A DNA stretch of 64,000 nt, taken from a virus. Lineage: Duplodnaviria; Caudoviricetes. Within the stretch, counting starts at the first letter, position 1; every line of letters starts with the position of its first letter. Location of the stretch: IMG/VR virus record IMGVR_UViG_3300044267_003893, positions 1-64,000 of that record; one strand, given 5' to 3'. Of this stretch, positions 7,625 through 16,299 are shown one piece after another. Both the position numbers and the translations under genes were made by a program. The notes under the pieces are model-generated. The model saw only the letters and a list, made by a program, of their open reading frames with translations. It did not search any database and was not told where the DNA came from.

Positions 7625-9484
7625 ATGGAGTTGAATAACAAGATCCTTAGTGATATTACTGTCCATATGAAATATGCACGTTATAATCCTGAATTAAAAA
7701 GAAGAGAGACCTGGGAAGAATTGGTCACTAGAAATATGGAAATGCACATTAAGTCATATCCAAAACTTATGAATGAAATCATAACTGCTTATCGTTATGT
7801 AGAAGATAAAAAAGTATTACCATCTATGAGGTCTATGCAATTTGGTGGTAAACCAATTGAAATTAGTCCTAATAGAATATATAATTGTGCATACCTTCCT
7901 ATAGATCATATAGACGCATTTAGTGAAACCATGTTCTTATTGCTTGGTGGAACAGGTGTTGGTTATTCAGTTCAAAAACATCATGTTGATAAACTTCCAT
8001 TAATTAATAAACCTTACCCAAAAAGATCAAGACGTTATCTAATTGGTGACTCTATAGAAGGATGGGCAGATGCAATTAAAATATTAATGAAATCTTACTT
8101 AAATGGTAAGAGTTCACGTATAATATTTGACTATTCAGATATTAGACCTAAAGGTGCTAGGTTAGTAACATCAGGTGGTAAAGCACCTGGTCCACAGCCA
8201 TTAAAAGAATGTATTTTAAAAATTACTGGTATATTAGATAATAAAGAAGACGGTGATCAATTAAGTACTTTAGAAACACATGATATAGTTTGTCATATTG
8301 CTGATGCTGTATTAGCTGGTGGTATTAGACGTGCTGCTCTTATTAGTTTATTTAGTGCTGATGATGATGAAATGATTGCATGTAAAGCTGGTGCTTGGTG
8401 GGAACTAAACCCACAGCGTGGTAGAGCTAATAACTCTGCAGTACTTATGAGACATAAAATAACTAAGTCTTTCTTTATGGATCTATGGAAAAGAGTAGAA
8501 TTAAGTAAGGCCGGTGAACCTGGTATTTACTTTAACAATGATAAAGACTGGGGAACTAATCCATGTTGTGAAATTGCTCTACGTCCTTTTCAATTCTGTA
8601 ATCTTTGTGAAGTTAATGTAAGTAATATTGAATCTCAAGAAGACTTAGAATCAAGAGTTAAGGCTGCTGCGTTTATAGGAACACTTCAAGCAGGATACAC
8701 TAACTTCCACTATCTCAGACCAGTATGGCAAGAGACTACAGAAAAAGATGCATTAATTGGTGTATCTATGACTGGTATAGGATCTGGTAGAATACTTGGT
8801 TATGATATGGAAAAAGCAGCTAAAATAGTAAAGAAAGAAAATGCACGTATTGCTAAATTAATTGGAATTAAAAAAGCAGCTAGATGCACAACAGTAAAAC
8901 CTGCTGGTACAACATCATTAACATTAGGAACTAGTTCTGGTATCCATGCATGGCATAATGACTTCTATATCAGAAGAATACGTGTAGGTAAGAATGAAGC
9001 TATATACGGATATCTTGTTAAGAATCATCCTGATCTTGTAGAAGATTGTGTCTTCCGGGGTCATGATACTGCTGTAATAAGTATACCTCAAGCAGCTCCT
9101 GAAGGATCTATTTTAAGAACTGAATCTGCTTTTCAGCTATTGAATAGAGTAAAAAAGGTAGCAACTGAATGGGTAAAGACTGGGCATAGATCTGGATCTA
9201 ATACTCATAATGTTTCTGCTACAATAAGTTTAAAAGATGAAGACTGGGAACTAGCCGGTGATTGGATGTGGAAAAATAGGGATCACTACAATGGTTTAGC
9301 TGTGCTTCCATATAATGGTGGTACTTATACTCAAGCTCCGTTTGAAGATATTACTAAAAAGAAATATAATGAAATGGTTAAATCATTAATGGATATTGAT
9401 CTATCTAAGATCGTTGAACAAGATGATGAAACTAATCTAACTGGAGAGCTGGCATGTGCTGGAGGTGCTTGTGAAGTCAAATAA
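7625..9484 (+). CDS. nrdJ: Class II (adenosylcobalamin-dependent) ribonucleotide reductase, monomeric RTPR type
   Basis: PSMRSMQFGG, RIYNC, GGTGVGYSV, GGIRRAALI, GTNPCCEI (radical Cys), CNLCEVN, VKPAGTTS and C-terminal CAGGAC. No ATP cone and no small-subunit gene nearby. Confidence 0.93.
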   Translation: MELNNKILSDITVHMKYARYNPELKRRETWEELVTRNMEMHIKSYPKLMNEIITAYRYVEDKKVLPSMRSMQFGGKPIEISPNRIYNCAYLPIDHIDAFSETMFLLLGGTGVGYSVQKHHVDKLPLINKPYPKRSRRYLIGDSIEGWADAIKILMKSYLNGKSSRIIFDYSDIRPKGARLVTSGGKAPGPQPLKECILKITGILDNKEDGDQLSTLETHDIVCHIADAVLAGGIRRAALISLFSADDDEMIACKAGAWWELNPQRGRANNSAVLMRHKITKSFFMDLWKRVELSKAGEPGIYFNNDKDWGTNPCCEIALRPFQFCNLCEVNVSNIESQEDLESRVKAAAFIGTLQAGYTNFHYLRPVWQETTEKDALIGVSMTGIGSGRILGYDMEKAAKIVKKENARIAKLIGIKKAARCTTVKPAGTTSLTLGTSSGIHAWHNDFYIRRIRVGKNEAIYGYLVKNHPDLVEDCVFRGHDTAVISIPQAAPEGSILRTESAFQLLNRVKKVATEWVKTGHRSGSNTHNVSATISLKDEDWELAGDWMWKNRDHYNGLAVLPYNGGTYTQAPFEDITKKKYNEMVKSLMDIDLSKIVEQDDETNLTGELACAGGACEVK

Positions 9485-9626
9485 GTTATTCTATTATGAG
9501 AAAGGAAAGGTAGTTTTTACCGCATCATACCACCGCAAAAGGGGGTATTGTTGCGGTAATGGCTGCAGACATTGTCCTTTTAAATCAGATTTAAAATTTG
9601 GTATTAAAAAAGAAGGTTTGAAATAA
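9471..9626 (+). CDS. DUF5522-like small Cys-rich protein, not in the ORF track
   Basis: GTG start overlapping the nrdJ 3' end. (M)KSNKLFYYEKGKVVFTASYHRKRGYCCGNGCRHCPFK... carries the VFT..YH..RG.CCG.GCRHCP signature. Confidence 0.8.
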   Translation: MKSNKLFYYEKGKVVFTASYHRKRGYCCGNGCRHCPFKSDLKFGIKKEGLK

Positions 9627-10184
9627 TCTTCCATCATTTATATCTTTCCCAAAATAATCTAATGATCTATGAAATAAATCTCCTCTATATAAAACTAAAC
9701 GGTTATAAACATTACCTACCATAGCAGTCATATCCCATTTATCATAATTTCTAGTGTCTGGAAATATATGTTTCTTTAATTTATTTTCATTTCTTTTACC
9801 ATTCTTATATCTTGGTGCTCTTATCCATCCTGTTTTTTTATGTTTAAATAAACCTGTACCACCTGAAACAGGAGCATTAGGAGTTAAATAGCAAACACCT
9901 GCCCATGTATTACCTGTATCTGAATGAATCCAACTTTCATCAGACTCTATAGTATATTGAAATGCTGCATTATATGTAGAACCAGTAGGCCAATGAGTTA
10001 TTGGACCAGCTGCTGTTGCAAGAATTTTTTGCATTATATTTTTTGTGTTTTCACTCCAAGGAACTGGTAGTGTTCTTTGTCCAGGAAAGTTTCCTCGTAC
10101 TTTAAAATCTTGTTTTAATGCCCACTCTCTAGTTTCATCAGGGTTATTGTAAAAATTATCTACAATTATTAAATTTGTATTCAT
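9591..10184 (-). CDS. 2OG-Fe(II) oxygenase-like protein (DUF6445 type)
   Basis: IIVDNFYNNPDE, GNFPGQRT, WIHSD (HxD), YLTPNAP..GT, YNRLVLYRGDLFH, RLFQTFFF. Confidence 0.8.
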   Translation of the reverse strand: MNTNLIIVDNFYNNPDETREWALKQDFKVRGNFPGQRTLPVPWSENTKNIMQKILATAAGPITHWPTGSTYNAAFQYTIESDESWIHSDTGNTWAGVCYLTPNAPVSGGTGLFKHKKTGWIRAPRYKNGKRNENKLKKHIFPDTRNYDKWDMTAMVGNVYNRLVLYRGDLFHRSLDYFGKDINDGRLFQTFFFNTKF

Positions 10185-10198
10185 AGTGTTAGTTTTTA

Positions 10199-10206
10199 CA
10201 AATATA
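10199..10206 (-). promoter_or_regulatory. Bacteroidota-type -7 element (TATATTTG) upstream of the oxygenase
   Basis: TATATTTG is 14 nt upstream of the ATG, with an imperfect CTTG 19 nt further upstream. Confidence 0.5.
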
Positions 10207-10211
10207 ATAAA

Positions 10212-10286
10212 TTATGATAATATTCCAAGTGCAAAAACTGAAATCATCATTAGTATATATAATATAGGAGTTACATCTATTCTCAT
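10212..10286 (-). CDS. Possible 24-aa hydrophobic micropeptide
   Basis: MRIDVTPILYILMMISVFALGILS*. The ATG is 6 nt downstream of a perfect copy of the candidate late motif. Confidence 0.35.
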   Translation of the reverse strand: MRIDVTPILYILMMISVFALGILS

Positions 10287-10292
10287 ATATAT

Positions 10293-10304
10293 ATAATATA
10301 CAAA
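10293..10304 (-). promoter_or_regulatory. Candidate phage late-promoter motif (TTTGTATATTAT)
   Basis: Intergenic, identical to the copy at 62214-62225. Confidence 0.5.
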
Positions 10305-10338
10305 TCTAATATTAAGAGAATGTTAAGGGAATATTAAA

Positions 10339-13300
10339 TTATTTAACCCAATAATTTGATACTGAGTCATATGACCACCATCTATTAAGTGCATATAATA
10401 AAGGAAGTGTATCCATAACTTCTTTACTAAGTTTTAATTGTCCTTTTCTAGGACCTCTTTGATAATAAATTCTTTTATCTAACTTAGGATCTACACCTGG
10501 AACTATTGCATCATATCCTAATATAAGTGGTGTTTGAACTCCTGTCATTAATGCTTGTCCCATTTCTTCTACCATTCTGATTGAACTAATAGGTGACTTC
10601 ATAACTTTCATAGCATCTCCTATAGATACAAACTGAAGTAACTCTGATCTTTGTCTATCTAGCTGATACATAAAAGCATTTTGAAATCTTTTTACAGTAC
10701 CTCTTCCATCTTCATCTTCATCATCCCACATTGATGCAAATATTTGTCTTAATATAATAGTTGCTAATACAAGACCTATTTCTGCAGTAGTTCTATGTAT
10801 ATTTTTCATATATCTTTCTACCCTATCCTTACCTTCTTTTTCTAGTCTTAATTGTTGAAGTTCTTCTCTTAATTCTTCTTGTTTTTTAGCACTTGTTGTT
10901 TTTACTAATTCAGCTTCTTTATTTTGTATACTCTTATCAATTTCTTCTCTAGATTTTTCTTGTGCTATATCTCCTTTCATTTTCTTCCAATCTTTAGATG
11001 CTACTCTCGCGTTTCCTAATCTCATACCAACATGTGTCATAAAACTATAAAATGTTCTATATCTACCTTCAAGCCATCCTAAATTTTCATCATAATATTC
11101 TGCTCTATATCTAGCCTTAATAGCTGGTGCAATCCATTTATGAAACTGTGCAGCTAATTGTCCTAAAGCAGATGTTTGCATAACCATTCTATCTTCGTAT
11201 GCATAGTTACCATGAATATGAATATTTGTTTCACGTATATATTGTCTTAAATCATATCTTGCTGTATTGTTTATTTTTTTATGCTTACCTGTTTGAAAAT
11301 CTATCATTACATCATAACCTTCTTTTAATTCAAGCTTTCCTGTTTTAGAATCAAAATCATAAGCATCATATAATGATATAGCATTTGTATGTCCATCAAC
11401 ATCAGAACTTTTATATACTTTAGTTGACATTAATATTGCCATACCTACTTTAGTTTGAACATTATATTCTGCTGCATCCTGTAACATATACCCCCATCCC
11501 CACATTTTATCAATAGGACCTTCTTTACTAAATTCTCTATTTAATTCACGTATATCAGCTTTTTGATCCATCATTCTATATAAGTTTACTAAAGCTTCCC
11601 ACTTACTACCATAAATTTCTTTTGAATATCTAGATGGTGATCTACCTAACATATCATTAACAAATGTTTTTCCTCCCATTTTTTTAAAGAAGTCTGGCAA
11701 AGCTCTTCTATTAAATTCTTTTGTAGCTCTAAGACCCGCTTTACTTTCAAACCATCTACCTCCTGCAGTTTCTATTATATTATTTAACCTACCTATTATA
11801 TAGTTATTTAAGTTACCCCAAGGGTTTAAACCTACATAAGTAAGAGATGTATAACTAATTAAACCTTTGGATACTTTTTCAAAAAAGTTTTCAGTTTGTT
11901 TATCATTATCATAAAATGTCATAGCCATCCACTTCCTTGCTCTTTCTACAATTCTAGGAGTTTTTCTACCCTCACCTGCTTTACTAGGAGCATCTACTAA
12001 ATTTCCATCTACATATGTTTTTTGTTTAGATCCATCAGAAGGATTATATGATCTTTTTTCAAGAATTTTAATCATTGTTTGTAATGAATCTTCTATACCA
12101 CTCATTACTTCATAATTTTCTGCCATAGCACTAAACCTCATAAGACTATCTGATAAGTCTGTACTTATCTCTTGAGCTTCTGGTCTATTTTGCATTCTAG
12201 ATCTTTTAGCTTTTAATAATTCTAATTCTTGATTTAATTCAGCTCTTTTACTTTCAGTTAATGGTTTTTTAAATTCTGCATTTAATGTGTTTATTTTATC
12301 AGTAAGTTTTTGCAAACCTTCTTCTGTTTTAGGATTACCAACATACATTATAGGTAATGTAGATACAAAATTTCCTTGACCATCAGTTAAAACTATTTTT
12401 GTAGAATGTTTTTTAGTAAGGAAATAATCTTTAATTGCTCCTGGTGCAGCTTTTGCTTTAGACCATAATCTTGCAAGTAAACCAGGTCCTTTTTTAAGGT
12501 TCTCATTAAAGTTAGCTTTTATTAAAGGTATTTTACCATGCATCTGTTGTACAACTCTCATAGGAAGTTTACCTAAAAGATCTTCTTCAAAATACTTAAC
12601 ATACATGTCATAAAAATTTTTCTGTGCTCTTTCTAATGCATTTGTAGGATTCTGAAGTTTATCCCATTTATCACTTAATAAACTTATTGTTCTACCATTT
12701 TCATCTACAAAAGAATCTTTCTTTTCTACATAAGTATCTTTAACAAACCATCCTTGTCTTTCTTCTTTTATTATACCATTAAAGCCATCTGCACCCATTG
12801 TTGGTACAGAAAATACTGTTGATCTATAATACTTAGTTCTAAATGCTAACCACTCTTCAAAAGGTATATTAGCTCTTTTATTCCAACTATGTCCATCAAA
12901 GTACATATATTTTAATCTTGCATCTTTAAACTCCTTTGAGTATTTATGAAACTTTCCTTCTTCTACTTTTCCATCTATTATTCTTTCAGCTTTCATAAAG
13001 GCTCCAAATTTTTGTTTTGCTTTACGTAAATCTTGATTTTCTTTTCTTTGTTTATCAGTTAATTGTGTACCTTTATGATATTCTCTAGGATTACCATCTT
13101 CATCTTTTAAGCCTTCTGCTGCTTTTCTTCTTTCATCATAATATCTTGGTCCAATTTTTTGAACATATCTTCCAGTAGGTATACCTTTATCATCTAATAC
13201 AAGCATAAAACTATAATCAATAACACCACCACCACTTGCTTTTTCTAGTTCAAAAGTTGTACTTCTAATTGCTTCATTTCTTTCTTCTATATTATCTAAT

Positions 13301-16299
13301 ACTTCCTGTCTTTTTCTTTTAAATATTTTATCCATTAAAGCTAATATAGTATCAGATGATGTAGCCATTGTTCCTGTTTGAAATTCTATCATTCCAATAT
13401 CTGTACCTAATTTAATTAACTCTTGTGCATCTTCTTCAGTTAATGCTCTAGATGAAAGAGACATAAGAAATTGTTTTCCAAAATTATCTATTGCAGAATT
13501 AATTAAACCTTCTCCATCTGAAGGTTTAGTTCCTTTTATTTTATCTATTTTAGCTTGAAGTTTTATTATATACTCTTGAGCGGTTTTATTTGATCCTTCT
13601 ATTCCTTCAAATTGAATAAGGCCTTCATATGTATTAATCATATTTTGAAAGTTTAAAACTTTACCTATATAATTAGGATCATTCATATAGTTATTTGCAT
13701 CACCTATATATTCTATAAAGTCATCTATTGCTTTTATACTATCTTTTAAAATTGATATAAAAACAGGTTGAACTCTATTATCTAATATACCTGCTTCAAT
13801 TGTTGTTATTGTTCTATCTATTTCTTTGGCTAATTGTTCTCCAGAAGTAAAAAGTTTATTATCATTTCTAAGTGTATCAATAGCTTCTTTTTGAGAAGTT
13901 ATCCTTTTAACAAATGTATTTAACACATTAGTTTGTCCATGTAAAGCCATTGTAGCTTTTGTTTGCTCACCAGCAATTGCTTCTTCTTCTGCTGTATCTA
14001 TCTCAGGTTCATTAGTTCCAGTTTCTTTATTTAATCTATATGCTTTATCTACAGCTGAAGAATCTAATTCAGCTTTTACAATATTTGGTAAAGCAAAATC
14101 ATTATTTTCAGGATCACCAACTAAAACATTTATTGGTCCTGTGTCTTGATTTGTATGTACAGTTTCACCTTCTACTTTAAATTGTTGAGTATATTTTTGA
14201 TTTTTTTTACCATAATTATTTATAGGGGTATGAACATGTAATGTACTAGTTGTAGTAACATTGTACCCTTGATTTTCAAGTATTTGAGCATATGAATTAA
14301 CTTGAAGATTATGATGTTGTTCTTTTGAAAATTTTTGTTGCTCTGCATGAGATTTATATGGATTATAAAAAACACTACCATATTTAACAGGAAATGAAGA
14401 ACCTTTATATTTTACTGTAGTATCAAATGTCATAGCATCAAGACTATCTTTACTAGTTTTAAGATCTATAATTTCTAATGAACCATCTTCTTTTATAAGA
14501 AGTAGATCTATAGTTCCTGCTATATTATTATTAGAATCAGATATTACAACCTGTGGTAATAATACTCCTCCATTTTCTATTTCTTTTGTAAACCTACCAA
14601 CCATTTGTTGATAAAAATTTTCAGCCACTTGTTGATCTACAACTTTTAGATTTGTAGTATCAATTCCTTGTTTTAATATTGCAGCATTTAAAATAGTATC
14701 AAAATCATTTCCTATATCAAGACTTATTTGATTACCAGTATTACCTGGAATATAAATTTCTGACATTCGTCTACCTTTATCATCTAGAAGAGTGTCGGTA
14801 TTAAAAATAGGATGATTTACTTCTCTAATTTTTTGAGGAGTTGTATTAAATTCTTTAGCTATAGATTGAATAGTATCTTTGGGTTTAATCTTATAACTCA
14901 TAGCCATTACACCACTTATTTTTGTAGTGGTGCTTGGAATTGGATTTAAATTATCTTCTACATTTAAATATGTATGATCTTCTTTTCTTAATATTACTAA
15001 AGGATGATTTGATTTACCTGACATTGAAACAGTAAAATCATCAATATTCTTTTTTGAAAGATTTAAAGCATTATTAAAAAGATCATCTATAACATGTTTT
15101 TGTTGAGGAGTTGCAGGAACAATACTATCTAATATTTTTTTCTTTTCTTTACTTAACTTAAAGTATATATTTCTATCATCTCTTATAGCTCTTTCTACAT
15201 TAAACTGTAAATCACCTGTATTTAAAACTTTAGCAAGATCTGATAATGTAAGATTACTATCTAACATTCCAGGAGCTAATATTAAATCTTTACCAACAAC
15301 ATACTTACTTAGATCTCTAAATATATCCATAAGCCATTTCATGAACTCTTTTATCTTAGATCTAAAACTTACTGTAGGTACCTCTTCATATTCTTTTTTA
15401 AAGTGTCTAGATAAAGCCTGAGTCACAAGTTCTTTATCCCTCATCTCTTTATTAAAACCTTTTGTATCAGTATATGTACCTTGAATTTCTTGATATAATC
15501 TAGGAAATGTACTTCTTGATTCTCTTACAAGACTATTAAAAAGAGAAGATCTATCTGTATAAAGAGCATTTATAAATGGATGTAGTATTTCTTCTATTGC
15601 TGTTTCTGAATTAATTCTTCCTTTTATTAATACTGCAGTACCATCTACATAAAAACTTTTAACATCATTAAAGTCTTGTTTCTTTTGAAACTGTCTTCCA
15701 TCATATTCTTTAAATTGAGGTAAGTTATTATAAAGCTTTCTAGCTTCTTTTTCATCCATTATTTTTACATCAAGATCAGGAAATAATCTTGTTAAATGTT
15801 CTATGATATCATTTGCATGTGTAACATCTTTACTTTCAAGAATTGAATCTGTTAAGTTTAAATTATTGTGAAGAATTTTTATTCTATAAGATCTTTCTGT
15901 TTTTTCTATACTAATAGCTTCTGGGTTAATTTGCCAATAATCTAATATTCTTTGAACTTTAATTCTGTTTCTTTCTAAAGTAACTGGATCCCCTTTAATA
16001 TTTTTAAATTCTTTATTTGTGTTATTAATATACCATTCTCCATTCCATTTACTGATTAATTTTTTTTCTCCTTTAGGTCCTAAATTAAATAATATAGATT
16101 CAGCAACATTTTTTCTTTCTAAATTATAAAAGACTTTTTGATTTGATATAAATTGACCTACATCAAATAGTGTAGGAATATTGTTTGATTTAGTAACTAC
16201 TTGCCAACCATTAATTAAAGTATCAACAACCATAGGAGATTCATACTTATTTAAAAGTTCTTTATATTCAGGTGTATTTCTATTAAAACATTTTGCCAT
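10339..16299 (-). CDS. Large ejection/internal virion protein (about 1986 aa) with a degenerate zincin-like motif, a PD-(D/E)XK nuclease domain and an inserted LysM domain
   Basis: Likely start is MAKC at 16299 (TAATG overlap with the upstream gene). ETAIEEILHPF (15580-15594), YKIKPKDTIQSIAKEFNTTPQKIREVN (LysM), AGTIDLLLIKEDGSLEIIDLKTS...LQVNSYAQIL. It lies directly after the vRNAP gene, as in crAss-like ejection clusters. Confidence 0.8.
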   Translation of the reverse strand: MAKCFNRNTPEYKELLNKYESPMVVDTLINGWQVVTKSNNIPTLFDVGQFISNQKVFYNLERKNVAESILFNLGPKGEKKLISKWNGEWYINNTNKEFKNIKGDPVTLERNRIKVQRILDYWQINPEAISIEKTERSYRIKILHNNLNLTDSILESKDVTHANDIIEHLTRLFPDLDVKIMDEKEARKLYNNLPQFKEYDGRQFQKKQDFNDVKSFYVDGTAVLIKGRINSETAIEEILHPFINALYTDRSSLFNSLVRESRSTFPRLYQEIQGTYTDTKGFNKEMRDKELVTQALSRHFKKEYEEVPTVSFRSKIKEFMKWLMDIFRDLSKYVVGKDLILAPGMLDSNLTLSDLAKVLNTGDLQFNVERAIRDDRNIYFKLSKEKKKILDSIVPATPQQKHVIDDLFNNALNLSKKNIDDFTVSMSGKSNHPLVILRKEDHTYLNVEDNLNPIPSTTTKISGVMAMSYKIKPKDTIQSIAKEFNTTPQKIREVNHPIFNTDTLLDDKGRRMSEIYIPGNTGNQISLDIGNDFDTILNAAILKQGIDTTNLKVVDQQVAENFYQQMVGRFTKEIENGGVLLPQVVISDSNNNIAGTIDLLLIKEDGSLEIIDLKTSKDSLDAMTFDTTVKYKGSSFPVKYGSVFYNPYKSHAEQQKFSKEQHHNLQVNSYAQILENQGYNVTTTSTLHVHTPINNYGKKNQKYTQQFKVEGETVHTNQDTGPINVLVGDPENNDFALPNIVKAELDSSAVDKAYRLNKETGTNEPEIDTAEEEAIAGEQTKATMALHGQTNVLNTFVKRITSQKEAIDTLRNDNKLFTSGEQLAKEIDRTITTIEAGILDNRVQPVFISILKDSIKAIDDFIEYIGDANNYMNDPNYIGKVLNFQNMINTYEGLIQFEGIEGSNKTAQEYIIKLQAKIDKIKGTKPSDGEGLINSAIDNFGKQFLMSLSSRALTEEDAQELIKLGTDIGMIEFQTGTMATSSDTILALMDKIFKRKRQEVLDNIEERNEAIRSTTFELEKASGGGVIDYSFMLVLDDKGIPTGRYVQKIGPRYYDERRKAAEGLKDEDGNPREYHKGTQLTDKQRKENQDLRKAKQKFGAFMKAERIIDGKVEEGKFHKYSKEFKDARLKYMYFDGHSWNKRANIPFEEWLAFRTKYYRSTVFSVPTMGADGFNGIIKEERQGWFVKDTYVEKKDSFVDENGRTISLLSDKWDKLQNPTNALERAQKNFYDMYVKYFEEDLLGKLPMRVVQQMHGKIPLIKANFNENLKKGPGLLARLWSKAKAAPGAIKDYFLTKKHSTKIVLTDGQGNFVSTLPIMYVGNPKTEEGLQKLTDKINTLNAEFKKPLTESKRAELNQELELLKAKRSRMQNRPEAQEISTDLSDSLMRFSAMAENYEVMSGIEDSLQTMIKILEKRSYNPSDGSKQKTYVDGNLVDAPSKAGEGRKTPRIVERARKWMAMTFYDNDKQTENFFEKVSKGLISYTSLTYVGLNPWGNLNNYIIGRLNNIIETAGGRWFESKAGLRATKEFNRRALPDFFKKMGGKTFVNDMLGRSPSRYSKEIYGSKWEALVNLYRMMDQKADIRELNREFSKEGPIDKMWGWGYMLQDAAEYNVQTKVGMAILMSTKVYKSSDVDGHTNAISLYDAYDFDSKTGKLELKEGYDVMIDFQTGKHKKINNTARYDLRQYIRETNIHIHGNYAYEDRMVMQTSALGQLAAQFHKWIAPAIKARYRAEYYDENLGWLEGRYRTFYSFMTHVGMRLGNARVASKDWKKMKGDIAQEKSREEIDKSIQNKEAELVKTTSAKKQEELREELQQLRLEKEGKDRVERYMKNIHRTTAEIGLVLATIILRQIFASMWDDEDEDGRGTVKRFQNAFMYQLDRQRSELLQFVSIGDAMKVMKSPISSIRMVEEMGQALMTGVQTPLILGYDAIVPGVDPKLDKRIYYQRGPRKGQLKLSKEVMDTLPLLYALNRWWSYDSVSNYWVK

